From NCBI GenBank assembly GCA_902783895.1, contig CACZST010000025.1, forward strand, positions 1-60,031: a stretch of DNA of 60,031 nucleotides, written 5' to 3'. How positions within the stretch are numbered: the first letter of the stretch is position 1; each line of letters opens with the position of its first letter. Position numbers and translations under genes: made by a program. The DNA comes from an uncultured Erysipelotrichaceae bacterium. GTDB taxonomy: Bacteria; Bacillota_I; Bacilli_A; RF39; UBA660. Below are positions 1 through 9,360 of the stretch, in pieces. Below the pieces are notes generated by a model that worked only from the letters and a program-made list of their open reading frames with translations, made no database searches and was not told the origin of the DNA.

Positions 1-46
1 AGCTTACAAAGGACAAATACCTGGATTTACAAAATCAAGTTGGTAA
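1..46 (+). CDS. rpsN: 30S ribosomal protein S14, C-terminal fragment (gene runs off left edge)
   Basis: Frame 2 reads ...[14 protein letters not shown] with TAA at 44-46, a typical S14 C-terminus. It sits directly upstream of rpsH, as in spc operons. Confidence 0.7.
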   Translation, partial: AYKGQIPGFTKSSW

Positions 47-62
47 GAAGGGAGGATATATT

Positions 63-461
63 ATGGTAGTATCAGATCCAATTGCTGATATGCTTACGAG
101 AATCCGTAATGCAAATCAATTGCGTTATAAAGAAGTAGAAATACCTACTTCAAAAATGAAAAAAGAAATTGCCAGAATTTTAAAAGAAGAAGGATATATC
201 TCTGGTTATAAAATGAAAGAAGAAAAAACTGGTGATCTTATCGTTTTAGATTTAAAATATGGTGATAAAAAAGAACGCGTTATTACTGGTCTTAAAAGAA
301 TATCAAAACCAGGATTACGTGTATATGCAAAATCAGATGAAATTCCAAGAGTTTTAAATGGTCTAGGAATTGCAATCGTTTCAACATCTAAGGGTGTTAT
401 GACAGGAAGAGATGCTAAAGCTCAAGGCCTTGGTGGCGAAGTATTAGCATTCGTATGGTAG
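63..461 (+). CDS. rpsH: 30S ribosomal protein S8
   Basis: 132 aa. The N-terminus '[13 protein letters not shown]' and C-terminus 'GGEVLAFVW' are S8 hallmarks. A GGAGG-like SD lies upstream. Confidence 0.97.
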   Translation: MVVSDPIADMLTRIRNANQLRYKEVEIPTSKMKKEIARILKEEGYISGYKMKEEKTGDLIVLDLKYGDKKERVITGLKRISKPGLRVYAKSDEIPRVLNGLGIAIVSTSKGVMTGRDAKAQGLGGEVLAFVW

Positions 462-477
462 AAAGTGAGGAAAGTAA

Positions 478-1008
478 ATGAGTCGTATAGGAAACAGAAT
501 ACTTTCAATACCTGAAAATGTTACTGTAACAGTTGATGGTAATAAGGTAACCGTTAAAGGTCCTAAAGGTGAACTTTCTACTGAAGTTAACAAAAATATT
601 ACTGTTAAAGCAGAAGATGGAAAAGTTGAAGTTACAAGAAAAAATGATAATTTCAAAAACTTCCATGGTACTGCTAATGCCAACATTGAAAATATGATTG
701 TTGGAGTAACAAAAGGTTTTGAAAAGAAATTAGAAATGGTTGGTGTCGGATATCGTTTTAAAGTATCTGGCAACAAAATCGATGTTAGTGCAGGATTTTC
801 TCATCCAATTTTAGTTGACGTTCCAGAAGGTATTACAATTGAATGTCCAAGTAATACTGAATTATTTATTAGAGGAATTGATAAACAATTAGTTGGTGAA
901 TTTGCTGCAAATATAAGAAAAATAAGAAAACCAGAACCTTATAAAGGTAAAGGTATTCGTTATGCTGATGAGCACGTTAATCGCAAAGTCGGTAAAAAAG
1001 CTGCTTAG
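478..1008 (+). CDS. rplF: 50S ribosomal protein L6
   Basis: 176 aa starting 'MSRIGNRILSIPENVTV', with 'KGKGIRY' near the C-terminus. Operon position is after rpsH. Confidence 0.97.
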   Translation: MSRIGNRILSIPENVTVTVDGNKVTVKGPKGELSTEVNKNITVKAEDGKVEVTRKNDNFKNFHGTANANIENMIVGVTKGFEKKLEMVGVGYRFKVSGNKIDVSAGFSHPILVDVPEGITIECPSNTELFIRGIDKQLVGEFAANIRKIRKPEPYKGKGIRYADEHVNRKVGKKAA

Positions 1009-1030
1009 TTAAAGTAAAGGAGAAGAGATT

Positions 1031-1393
1031 ATGATAAAAAAGGTTAATCGTAATGAAGTTCGTAAAGCTAGACATGAAAGAGTTAGAAATAAAGTTTCTG
1101 GAACTAGTGAAACTCCAAGACTTGATGTGTTTAGATCTAACAGCAATATCTTCGCCCAAATCATTGACGATGTTAAAGGTGTGACTTTGGTAAGTGCTTC
1201 TTCAATTGATAAAGAATTGAAATTAGAAAATGGTGGAAATACCGAAGCCGCAGTTAAGGTCGGAGAATTGCTTGCAAAAAGAGCAAAAGATGCAAAAATT
1301 ACAGATGTAGTATTCGATAGAGGTGGATACTTATATCATGGACGTGTTAAAGCTTTAGCAGAAGCTGCACGTGAAAATGGATTAAAATTCTAG
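1031..1393 (+). CDS. rplR: 50S ribosomal protein L18
   Basis: 120 aa. '[18 protein letters not shown]' and '[27 protein letters not shown]' are conserved L18 blocks. Confidence 0.97.
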   Translation: MIKKVNRNEVRKARHERVRNKVSGTSETPRLDVFRSNSNIFAQIIDDVKGVTLVSASSIDKELKLENGGNTEAAVKVGELLAKRAKDAKITDVVFDRGGYLYHGRVKALAEAARENGLKF

Positions 1394-1406
1394 AGGAGGA
1401 AAAGAC

Positions 1407-1910
1407 GTGGAAAATAAAAGAAGAGAAGCTCGTCCTAAAATTTTCGATGAAGAAGTTATCAATATTGCCCGCGTTACTAAAGTAACTAAAGGGGGACGTC
1501 AATTACGTTTCGCTGCTACTGCTGTAGTAGGTGACCGCAAGGGTAGAGTCGGAATTGGTTCTGGAAAAGCAGCTGAAGTTCCTGCAGCAATTAAAAAAGC
1601 TGTTGCTGCTGCAACTAAAAATGTTGTTAGAGTAGCAATCGTAAATGAAAGTACTATTCCACACGAAGCTATCGGAACTAGAGGCGCTAGTAAAATTTTA
1701 TTAAAACCTGCTCCTAAAGGTACAGGAGTTAAAGCAGGTGGTCCAGTTCGTTCTGTATTAGAGCTTGCTGGAATTAAAGATATTTTATCTAAATCATTAG
1801 GTTCAAGTACTAAAATTAATATGGCATATGCAACTTTAAATGCACTTACAGAACAAAGAACTGCTGAACATATCGCAAAATTACGTGGTAAAAAGGTGGA
1901 GGAATTATAA
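1407..1910 (+). CDS. rpsE: 30S ribosomal protein S5
   Basis: 167 aa with a GTG start after a GGAGGA SD. '[22 protein letters not shown]' is the S5 dsRBD signature. Confidence 0.97.
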   Translation: MENKRREARPKIFDEEVINIARVTKVTKGGRQLRFAATAVVGDRKGRVGIGSGKAAEVPAAIKKAVAAATKNVVRVAIVNESTIPHEAIGTRGASKILLKPAPKGTGVKAGGPVRSVLELAGIKDILSKSLGSSTKINMAYATLNALTEQRTAEHIAKLRGKKVEEL

Positions 1911-1911
1911 T

Positions 1912-2355
1912 ATGAAATTACATACTTTAAAACCAAATGAAGGTTCTGTAAAAAATGCTAAAAGAGTTGGCCGTGGACAAGGAACTGGCTGGGGTAAAAC
2001 TTCAGGCCGTGGAGAAAAAGGTCAAAACGCACGTAGTGGTGGAGGAGTTAGAGTAGGATTCGAAGGTGGACAAACTCCATTATTCAGAAGACTTCCTAAA
2101 AGAGGTTTCTCTAATGCTATGTTTAAAAAAGAATATGCTATTATTAATTTAGATGATTTAAATAAATTTGAAGATGGTTCTGAAGTAACTTTAGAAATTT
2201 TAAGAGATATGGGTATTATTAAAAATGCTAAAGATGGACTTAAAGTTCTAGGTCAAGGTACTTTAGAAAAGAAATTAGTTGTTAAAGCTAATAAATTCTC
2301 TGCAACAGCTAAAGAACAAATAGAAAAATTAGGTGGAAAAGCAGAGGTGATCTAA
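1912..2355 (+). CDS. rplO: 50S ribosomal protein L15
   Basis: The track ORF 1840..2355 has a spurious N-terminal extension overlapping rpsE. The true start is ATG 1912 ('[12 protein letters not shown]...[17 protein letters not shown]'), preceded by GGTGGAGG. Confidence 0.95.
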   Translation: MKLHTLKPNEGSVKNAKRVGRGQGTGWGKTSGRGEKGQNARSGGGVRVGFEGGQTPLFRRLPKRGFSNAMFKKEYAIINLDDLNKFEDGSEVTLEILRDMGIIKNAKDGLKVLGQGTLEKKLVVKANKFSATAKEQIEKLGGKAEVI

Positions 2356-2356
2356 T

Positions 2357-3610
2357 TTGTTTGCAAAAATTAAGCAAATATTTGATCCAGAAAATAAAGA
2401 TTTGCGTAAAAAGATATGGTTTACTTTATTCGCATTATTTATATTTAAACTTGGAACAGCTATAGTTGTACCAGGGGTTAGTCAAAATCTTAATATGGGA
2501 TTTTTGGAACTACTTAATATAATGGGTGGAGGAGCTATGCAGAACTTCTCAATCTTCGCGCTAGGAGTTATGCCATATATTACTGCGCAAATAGTGGTTC
2601 AATTATTACAAATGGATATAGTTCCCTACTTTACTGAGCTTTCTAAACAAGGTCAGACTGGTAGGAATCAATTAAATAAAATTACACGTATTTTAGGAAT
2701 TGCTATGGCGTTTATTCAAGGATATATGTTCTCGTTTGCATTTATTCAAAATGGAACAGTTACTGAATATTTAACTGCTTCACTTGTTATGACTGCTGGA
2801 ACATCATTCTTACTTTGGATTGGTGATCAAATCACTAAAAAAGGTTTGGGTAATGGTATATCAATGATTATTATGGCGGGTATTTTAGCTAGTATTCCAA
2901 GTATGTTTGTTCAAGCATGGAATGGACTAGTTGGAAGTTCAATTACATTCTTAGGTGTTTTAACTTATGCATTCTTTGTTTTAATGTATTTACTTATTGC
3001 ATTTGGTATTTTATATTTTAATCTTGCAGAAAGAAGAATACCTGTACAATATGCGAATAAAACAAATAACGTATATGGTAGTAAGAAAAGTTATTTACCA
3101 TTTAAGTTAAATCCTGCAGGTGTTGCCCCTGTTATCTTTGCTTCTGCTTTGATTTCAGTTCCAGCACTTATCGCACAATTTTCAAAAAATGAAAGTATGA
3201 TGTTATTTGTTAATAAATGGTTAAGTTTAAATTCATTAACTGGAATGATTTTATTCTTAGTATTTATTATTGGATTTACTTATTTCTATATGTATGTAGT
3301 TATAAAACCAAAAGAGATGGCCGAAGATTTACAAAAATCTGGAGGTTATATTCCAGGTATTAGACCTGGAGAGGAAACAATTACTTATGTAAGAAGAGTT
3401 CTTAATAGAATTACAGTAGTTGGTTCATTATTCTTAGCTGTTATATCAGCGTTACCTTACGTATTTAAGATGTTCTTTACTAATTTACCAACATCAGTAT
3501 CATTAGGTGGAACAGGTCTTATAATCGTTGTAGGTGTTGTACTTGAAAGTTATAAACAACTTGAAAGTAATTTAATTAGTCGTAGTTACCGTCTAAGGGG
3601 GAGAAAATAG
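2357..3610 (+). CDS. secY: Preprotein translocase subunit SecY
   Basis: 417 aa polytopic membrane protein with a TTG start. 'GVMPYITAQIVVQLL' and 'GGYIPGIRPG' are conserved SecY motifs. Position after rplO fits. Confidence 0.97.
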   Translation: MFAKIKQIFDPENKDLRKKIWFTLFALFIFKLGTAIVVPGVSQNLNMGFLELLNIMGGGAMQNFSIFALGVMPYITAQIVVQLLQMDIVPYFTELSKQGQTGRNQLNKITRILGIAMAFIQGYMFSFAFIQNGTVTEYLTASLVMTAGTSFLLWIGDQITKKGLGNGISMIIMAGILASIPSMFVQAWNGLVGSSITFLGVLTYAFFVLMYLLIAFGILYFNLAERRIPVQYANKTNNVYGSKKSYLPFKLNPAGVAPVIFASALISVPALIAQFSKNESMMLFVNKWLSLNSLTGMILFLVFIIGFTYFYMYVVIKPKEMAEDLQKSGGYIPGIRPGEETITYVRRVLNRITVVGSLFLAVISALPYVFKMFFTNLPTSVSLGGTGLIIVVGVVLESYKQLESNLISRSYRLRGRK

Positions 3611-4252
3611 ATGAATATTGTATTTATTGCCCCTCCGGCTGCCGGTAAAGGCGCACAATCAGGAATGATCAGTAAAAAATATGATATACCTCATGTTTCA
3701 ATAGGTGATTTACTTCGTAATATTGATGATGAGGAGATAAAAAAGCAATTAGATGCAGGTGCATTTGTTGATAATAATATTATTGAAAAATTACTGGTAA
3801 ATAGACTTTTAAAGGATGACTGTAAAAATGGATATATTTTAGATGGTTTTCCAAGAAATAAAAGTCAAATAGAAATATATGAAAGAATTAAGAATATTTC
3901 TAATGATAAAAAGAATATTGTTATTGTGCTTGATGTTTTAAAAGAACTTGGCGAAAAAAGAATTATCGGAAGATCTGTTTGCTCAAATTGTGGTTTAGTT
4001 TTTAATGATTTATTTGAGGAAAGTAAACCAAAGGTAGATGGAATTTGTGATAACTGTGGATCTAAATTAAATAAACGTAAAGATGATAATAAGGAAACTT
4101 ATGATCATAGATATGATGTTTATATGAATGAGACTAAGCCTATTATTGATTATTTTAAGGATCATGCGGATGTTTATCATGTTGATAGTTCTAAAAGTAT
4201 CGATGAAGTATTTAGCGATATAACCAATATTATAGGAGGATTTAATGATTAG
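3611..4252 (+). CDS. adk: Adenylate kinase (Cys4 zinc-lid type) with an atypical P-loop
   Basis: 213 aa. 'GDLLRN', 'LDGFPRN' and the lid 'CSNCG...CDNCGSKL...RKDD' match Adk. The P-loop reads APPAAGKGA instead of GxPGxGKGT. Confidence 0.9.
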   Translation: MNIVFIAPPAAGKGAQSGMISKKYDIPHVSIGDLLRNIDDEEIKKQLDAGAFVDNNIIEKLLVNRLLKDDCKNGYILDGFPRNKSQIEIYERIKNISNDKKNIVIVLDVLKELGEKRIIGRSVCSNCGLVFNDLFEESKPKVDGICDNCGSKLNKRKDDNKETYDHRYDVYMNETKPIIDYFKDHADVYHVDSSKSIDEVFSDITNIIGGFND

Positions 4253-4991
4253 TATTAAAAGTCCTAGAGAAATCGAGTTAATGAGACATGCAGGGGAAAT
4301 TACGGCTAAAACATTTGATTATTTAATACCGTTTGTTAAACCTGGTGTTACAACAAAAGAACTTGATAAATTAGCTGAAGATTATATTATAAAGCAAGGT
4401 GGAACCCCATCATTTAAAGGTTATGAAGGTTTTCCAGCTACGATGTGTACATCAATTAATGATGAAGTTGTTCACGGTATTCCAAGTAATAGGAAACTAA
4501 AAGAGGGAGATATTGTCAAACTTGATTTAGGAGCTTGTTATAAGGGTTATCAAAGTGATTCAGCAATCACACTTCCAGTTGGGAAAATCGATGAAAAGAA
4601 ACAATATGTTATGGAGCATACTGAAAAATCTTTGTATAAGGGTTTAGCTGCTATTCATGATGGAGCTCATGTTGGTGATATCGGGTATGCGGTTCAAAAG
4701 TATGCAGAGGAACATAACTTAGGTGTTGTTCGAGAACTTGTGGGTCATGGGATTGGAACTGAAGTTCATGAAGATCCTGATGTACCAAATTATGGTGCTC
4801 GTCATACGGGTCCTGTTTTAAAAGAAGGTATGGTTATATGTGTTGAACCTATGCTTAATGTAGGAACTAGAAGAGTTTATATGTTAGATGACGGTTGGAC
4901 AATTATAACTGCAGATGGTAAACCTTCTGCTCACTTCGAACATACTGTGTTAGTTACTAAAGATGGGTATGAAATTTTAACTAGGAGGTGA
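4245..4991 (+). CDS. map: Type I methionine aminopeptidase
   Basis: 248 aa. 'VHGIP', 'DLGA...GYQSD', 'VGHGIG' and 'EPM...FEHTVLVT' are the M24A metal-ligand blocks. It overlaps adk by 8 nt. Confidence 0.95.
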   Translation: MISIKSPREIELMRHAGEITAKTFDYLIPFVKPGVTTKELDKLAEDYIIKQGGTPSFKGYEGFPATMCTSINDEVVHGIPSNRKLKEGDIVKLDLGACYKGYQSDSAITLPVGKIDEKKQYVMEHTEKSLYKGLAAIHDGAHVGDIGYAVQKYAEEHNLGVVRELVGHGIGTEVHEDPDVPNYGARHTGPVLKEGMVICVEPMLNVGTRRVYMLDDGWTIITADGKPSAHFEHTVLVTKDGYEILTRR

Positions 4992-4995
4992 TAAA

Positions 4996-5217
4996 ATGGC
5001 AAAAGAAGATGTCATTGAAGTAGAAGGCCAAGTTATTGAAATTCTCCCAGGTAGAGAGTTTAAAGTAAGGCTAGAAAACGATCACGTTATAAAAGCTCGC
5101 ATTTCTGGTAAAATGCACATTCATCACATACGTATTTTACTGGGTGACAAAGTGAAAGTAGAATTATCACCTTATGATTTAACATGCGGGCGTATAACCT
5201 ATAGAGTAACAAGGTAG
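4996..5217 (+). CDS. infA: Translation initiation factor IF-1
   Basis: 73 aa. '[11 protein letters not shown]...ISGKM...[24 protein letters not shown]' is the canonical IF-1 pattern. Confidence 0.97.
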   Translation: MAKEDVIEVEGQVIEILPGREFKVRLENDHVIKARISGKMHIHHIRILLGDKVKVELSPYDLTCGRITYRVTR

Positions 5218-5227
5218 GAGGAAGATT

Positions 5228-5341
5228 ATGAAAGTAAAACCATCAGTCAAAAAAATGTGTGATAAATGTAAAATTATTAGACGTAATGGGAAAGTGTTAG
5301 TGATTTGTGAGAATCCTAAACACAAACAAAGACAAGGTTAA
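5228..5341 (+). CDS. rpmJ: 50S ribosomal protein L36 (absent from supplied ORF track, too short)
   Basis: My own translation gives [37 protein letters not shown] (37 aa). A GGAGGA SD lies upstream. Position between infA and rpsM is canonical. Confidence 0.95.
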   Translation: MKVKPSVKKMCDKCKIIRRNGKVLVICENPKHKQRQG

Positions 5342-5354
5342 TAGGAGGCGAAAT

Positions 5355-5720
5355 ATGGCACGTATTAAAGGTGTAGATATACCTAATAATAAAAGAATTG
5401 AGATAGCTTTAACATATATTTATGGTATTGGTAGAAGTTTATCAAATCAAATTTTAGCTGCGGCTAATGTTAATGTTAATAAAAAAGCTGGCGATTTAGA
5501 TAGTGATGAACTTGTAAGAATCCGTGATGAAGTTAATAAACATTTAACTGAAGGTGACTTACGTCGTGAAGTTAATATGAATATTAAAAGAAAAATGGAA
5601 ATTAACTGCTATCAAGGTCTTCGTCATAAGAGAGGATTACCTGTAAGAGGTCAAAGAACTAACAGAAATGCTAGAACTCGTAAAGGTAAACCTAAGACAA
5701 TAGCTAATAAGAAGAAATAG
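5355..5720 (+). CDS. rpsM: 30S ribosomal protein S13
   Basis: The true start is ATG 5355 ('[14 protein letters not shown]'), after a TAGGAGG SD. The track ORF's start at 5307 overlaps rpmJ. Confidence 0.96.
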   Translation: MARIKGVDIPNNKRIEIALTYIYGIGRSLSNQILAAANVNVNKKAGDLDSDELVRIRDEVNKHLTEGDLRREVNMNIKRKMEINCYQGLRHKRGLPVRGQRTNRNARTRKGKPKTIANKKK

Positions 5721-5739
5721 TAATTAAAAGGAGGATATT

Positions 5740-6123
5740 ATGGCTTATAAAGCAAGAAAACGTAAGGTTAAAAAGAATGTCCCTGAGGGTAAAGCTTTTG
5801 TTCACTCAACTTTCAATAATACCATCGTAACATTAACTGATAAAGATGGTAATGCAGTTAGTTGGGCATCAGCTGGTACACTTGGATTTAAAGGTAGTAA
5901 AAAATCAACTCCATTTGCTGCTGGTATGGCTGCTGAAGCTGCAGGAAAAGCTGCTGCTGAAATGGGCATGAAGAAAGTTGAAGTTTATGCTAAAGGTCTT
6001 GGATCTGGTAGAGAAACTGCAATTCGTTCATTACAAACAGCTGGTTTAGAGATTACTTCAATTTCTGATATAACACCTATGCCACATAATGGATGTCGTC
6101 CACCAAAACGACCTCGTGGATAA
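5740..6123 (+). CDS. rpsK: 30S ribosomal protein S11
   Basis: 127 aa. '[23 protein letters not shown]+KSTPFAA' and the C-terminal '[11 protein letters not shown]' are S11 signatures. Confidence 0.97.
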   Translation: MAYKARKRKVKKNVPEGKAFVHSTFNNTIVTLTDKDGNAVSWASAGTLGFKGSKKSTPFAAGMAAEAAGKAAAEMGMKKVEVYAKGLGSGRETAIRSLQTAGLEITSISDITPMPHNGCRPPKRPRG

Positions 6124-6140
6124 GAGAAGGGAGTCTATAT

Positions 6141-7088
6141 ATGAATTTTGAAAAACCAGATTACAAAATAACTGAATATGTTGAAAATAGTCATTTTGGG
6201 AAGTTTGAATTAGAACCTTTAGAAAGAGGCTTTGGTATTACAATTGGTAATGCTTTAAGAAGAGTAATGCTTTCTTCAATGCCTGGAAGTGCGATTGTTG
6301 CTGTTAAAATTGATGGTGTAATGCATGAATTCCAAACAATGGAAGGTGTTATTGAAGATGTAACTTCTATAGTCCTTAACTTAAAAGGTGTTGTTGTTAA
6401 AAACCATAGTGATGAAGTTAAGACAGCTCATTTATCAGTTAGTGATGAAAGAGTAGTTACAGCAGCTGATATTGTTTGTGATTCTGATGTTGAAATTATC
6501 AATAAAGATCAAGTTATTGCGACTTTAGCAAAAGGTGGAAAACTTACTATGGATTTCATTATTGCTAATGGACGTGGGGCTGCACTTTCAACTGAAAACA
6601 AAAAATATATTGAAGATACAACTTTAGGATATATTCCTATTGATGCTCTTTTCTCACCAATTGAGAAAATTAGTTATTATGTTGATAATGCCAGAGTTGG
6701 ACAAGATGCTTCTTATGATAAACTTGTTATGGAAGTACAAACTAATGGTTCAATTAGACCAGAAGAGGCAATGGCTTTAGGTGCAAAAATATTAATTGAG
6801 CATTTAAATATCTTAACTAATTTAAGTGAAATTGCTGATGCAACTGGTATTATGAATGCTAAACAAGAAGATAGCAAACTTAAGAAATTAGAAACATCAA
6901 TTGATGATTTAGATTTCTCTGTAAGAGCTTATAATTGTTTAAAGAGAGCTAATATTAATACATTAGGTGATTTAACTGAAAAATCAGAAACTGAAATGAT
7001 GAAAATTCGTAATTTAGGTAAAAAGTCTTTAAAAGAAGTTATAGATAAAATTAAAGATATGGGACTTAAATTCCGTGATGAAGATTAG
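6141..7088 (+). CDS. rpoA: DNA-directed RNA polymerase alpha subunit
   Basis: The true start is ATG 6141 ('MNFEKPDYKI') after a GAAGGGAG SD. 'GNALRRVMLSS' is in the NTD. The C-terminal 'LDFSVRAYNCLKRANI..LGDL' is the alpha-CTD HhH. Confidence 0.96.
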   Translation: MNFEKPDYKITEYVENSHFGKFELEPLERGFGITIGNALRRVMLSSMPGSAIVAVKIDGVMHEFQTMEGVIEDVTSIVLNLKGVVVKNHSDEVKTAHLSVSDERVVTAADIVCDSDVEIINKDQVIATLAKGGKLTMDFIIANGRGAALSTENKKYIEDTTLGYIPIDALFSPIEKISYYVDNARVGQDASYDKLVMEVQTNGSIRPEEAMALGAKILIEHLNILTNLSEIADATGIMNAKQEDSKLKKLETSIDDLDFSVRAYNCLKRANINTLGDLTEKSETEMMKIRNLGKKSLKEVIDKIKDMGLKFRDED

Positions 7089-7104
7089 TAGTTAGGAGGA
7101 TATT

Positions 7105-7464
7105 ATGGCTTATAGAAAATTAGGACGTGACAACAAACATAGAAGAAGTATGCTTGCCAATCTAACTAAAGATGTCATCAACAATGAAAGAATCGTTACA
7201 ACAGAGACAAGAGCTAAAGAAGTTCGTAAATTTGTTGATAAAATGGTTACATATGGTAAAGATGGCTCATTAGTCGCAAGAAGAAAAGCTTTAGCTTTCC
7301 TTCATAATGATAAAGCAACTGTTAGTAAAGTGTTTGATGAACTTGCGCCAAGATATGCCACTAGAAATGGTGGATATACAAGAATTTTAAAATTAGAAGA
7401 GCGTAGAGGCGACGATGCTTTAAGAGTTATTCTTGAATTAGTAAAGGAAGATGCTGCTAAATAG
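7105..7464 (+). CDS. rplQ: 50S ribosomal protein L17
   Basis: 119 aa. '[15 protein letters not shown]', '[16 protein letters not shown]' and '[13 protein letters not shown]' match L17. Confidence 0.96.
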   Translation: MAYRKLGRDNKHRRSMLANLTKDVINNERIVTTETRAKEVRKFVDKMVTYGKDGSLVARRKALAFLHNDKATVSKVFDELAPRYATRNGGYTRILKLEERRGDDALRVILELVKEDAAK

Positions 7465-7519
7465 TGTCTTTTTTTTTGACTTTTTTAATATGATGTGTTA
7501 ATTTATATTTGGTGGTAAT

Positions 7520-7747
7520 ATGACTTATGAGGATTTACAATATATAAGGATTAATTGTTTTAATTTTAAAAATATTTCTGAATTTAATAATTATTATGAT
7601 AATTTAGATATTAAAAAGGAAGATGCTTTAAAAGTAATAAAATTACTTAATGATGATATTAATGTTTTATCTATGATTGATTATAATTATTTTTTTGATA
7701 AGATTAAATTAATAATTGATGAAATTAATATATTAGAAAATTATTAA
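7520..7747 (+). CDS. Hypothetical small acidic protein (75 aa), first gene of AT-rich cassette
   Basis: Open frame with a GGTGG SD 5 nt upstream of the ATG. I recognise no motif. The coding sequence is extremely AT-rich. Confidence 0.4.
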   Translation: MTYEDLQYIRINCFNFKNISEFNNYYDNLDIKKEDALKVIKLLNDDINVLSMIDYNYFFDKIKLIIDEINILENY

Positions 7748-7761
7748 TTTCGTTTATTTTG

Positions 7762-7770
7762 TGTTATAAT
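7762..7770 (+). promoter_or_regulatory. Extended -10 promoter element (TGtTATAAT) immediately upstream of ORF 7778
   Basis: TGTTATAAT lies at 7762-7770. The ATG at 7778 is 7 nt past the hexamer, so the transcript may be leaderless or use an internal start. Confidence 0.35.
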
Positions 7771-7777
7771 ACTTTAA

Positions 7778-8755
7778 ATGGAGATGATTTATGTGTATGA
7801 AAGAATAATGACAGATAAAGTGTTTAAAGATTTTTCTGATTATATAGCTGATTGTGATTTTAATGAGTTTATTGAAAAAATTGGGAAACATGATGTTAGT
7901 GACGAAGACGTTTTTAGATTAATTGATAATCTTGATAATCTTCTTTCTGAATTTGGTGATGCATTGGATGAGCCAGAGAAAGAACTTATGAGTAAGAAAA
8001 TCGAATTACTTAAGGGATATTTTGTGGATGTAGTTGAAGTTCCGGAGGAAGAAAAACATATTTTCTTTTCTGAGTCATTTGAAGGTGATTTAGGTAAATT
8101 ATTAGATGAGAAATCAGTTGATGATATAATTGACTGTCTAAATAATTTAAAAAATGTAGATGGTAATAGTAATGATGTTGAAAAGAAAGTATTTAGTAGA
8201 AATAATAAGAGTTTTAAATATATTATAGAGCTTAAGCCAACCAAAGGTAATCATCAAATTAGAATATATTATTTAAATGTTTCACCTGATGTTTATTATG
8301 TTTTCGATATAGAAAAAAAGAAAGATAATATGCCTAAAAGCATTAAAAAAACAATTACTGATAAGGCTGGTAATATAAAAAATTCTAATACATATAAATC
8401 TATTAAAAATTCATTTGAGAATAATGATAATTTAAAAAAAGAATATATTGCGGAAGGTGATTCCAGATATAAAAATATTGATTCCCTTTTAAATATATAT
8501 AAGAAAACTGGCAAGAAGCAGTTTGCCCTTAATGTGTATAAGAATCAAAAATTACTTGATTTTTGTATGATTTTAACTAAGGATAATATTACTATTAATG
8601 ATTATTGCGAGCTTAGTGATTTATTAGAGAATATGACTACCGAAGAAATTGAGATAATTAAGAGTATTTCTAAGATTATTTCTGATCCTTTTGTTCAAGA
8701 TTTTATAGAAGAAAAAATAAATAATGAACAATGTAGTGTTTCTAAAGTAATTTAA
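7778..8755 (+). CDS. Hypothetical 325-aa protein with central HigB/Gp49 (RelE/ParE-fold)-like core
   Basis: Residues ~94-197 read 'IFFSESFEGDLGKLL...KYIIELKPTKGNHQIRIYYLNVSPDVYYVFDIEKKKDNMPKSIKKTITDKA'. This parallels the toxin pattern ELR..yRI.Y...v.l.h.F.KKtqktP..eI..A. An acidic N-terminal arm and a ~125-aa C-terminal extension flank it. The start codon is uncertain. Confidence 0.5.
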   Translation: MEMIYVYERIMTDKVFKDFSDYIADCDFNEFIEKIGKHDVSDEDVFRLIDNLDNLLSEFGDALDEPEKELMSKKIELLKGYFVDVVEVPEEEKHIFFSESFEGDLGKLLDEKSVDDIIDCLNNLKNVDGNSNDVEKKVFSRNNKSFKYIIELKPTKGNHQIRIYYLNVSPDVYYVFDIEKKKDNMPKSIKKTITDKAGNIKNSNTYKSIKNSFENNDNLKKEYIAEGDSRYKNIDSLLNIYKKTGKKQFALNVYKNQKLLDFCMILTKDNITINDYCELSDLLENMTTEEIEIIKSISKIISDPFVQDFIEEKINNEQCSVSKVI

Positions 8756-8769
8756 AAGAAGGTGATTAT

Positions 8770-9360
8770 GTGGAAAAAGATATTTTATTTACAACTTCGA
8801 TAACTGAATTTCCAGATGTTATTAATGATATTGAGGAGATAGATCCTAAATATTATGATGATATAAAAAGATGTTTTAAATATATTATTAATAACTATTT
8901 ATCTCTTAGAGAATTTACTGAATTTAAGGCTGATAAAATTCGTGTTTATGTTAATAAGAATGATGATAATATTTTTATTGTAGGAATTAATTGTGTTGAT
9001 AACAAAAACAGTTTAAAAAAAGAAATAGAAATTATAAAAAGGTTTAAAAAATTTAATTTTAATAATAAGTTAGATATTAATGATGAGTTAATAATATATA
9101 ATCAGTTGGTTAAAAAATATATTTATTATTATATTAATAAAAAAAGTAATGATAATTTAAAATTACGTATGTTAATGAAAAATTTAAGTAGTTTAAATAC
9201 TAATGCAGTTTATGAAAATCTTGTAAATGCTGATGAAGTAGTTTTGAAAAAAGTAAATCGTTTGATTGAAAATTTTAACAATCAAAATATACGTGATTTA
9301 ATAGATAAAAAATATTTAAAGAAAAAAAAGAATAAAGGTCATAAAAGTAATAGTTTATAA
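8770..9360 (+). CDS. Hypothetical 196-aa protein with N-terminal HigB/Gp49-like core and basic tail
   Basis: GTG start after an AAGGTGA SD. Residues ~4-92 read 'ILFTTS..EF...EFKADKIRVYVNKNDDNIFIVGINCVDNKNSLKKEIEIIKRF', a second copy of the same pattern. The tail is 'KKYLKKKKNKGHK'. Confidence 0.5.
   Translation: MEKDILFTTSITEFPDVINDIEEIDPKYYDDIKRCFKYIINNYLSLREFTEFKADKIRVYVNKNDDNIFIVGINCVDNKNSLKKEIEIIKRFKKFNFNNKLDINDELIIYNQLVKKYIYYYINKKSNDNLKLRMLMKNLSSLNTNAVYENLVNADEVVLKKVNRLIENFNNQNIRDLIDKKYLKKKKNKGHKSNSL

Noticed and set aside
444-1159. ORFs 444..776(-) and 977..1159(-), antisense to rplF/rplR
   Set aside because: They overlap conserved ribosomal genes, lack ribosome-binding sites and have low-complexity translations.
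1840-1911. Upstream extensions of the rplO (1840), rpsM (5307) and rpoA (6093) ORFs
   Set aside because: Each extension overlaps the preceding conserved gene. Each is followed by an internal ATG with a strong SD that matches the canonical protein N-terminus.
1499-1936. 145-aa ORF antisense to rpsE
   Set aside because: It is entirely embedded opposite a highly conserved ribosomal protein gene. It has no SD, and its Ala/Thr-rich translation is the mirror of the S5 codons. It is a composition artefact.
7840-8514. ORFs 7840..8244(-) and 8296..8514(-), antisense to the 325-aa cassette gene
   Set aside because: They are S/L/F-rich mirror frames of an AT-rich gene with no SD. The plus-strand frame has the recognisable toxin-like motif and fits the operon direction.
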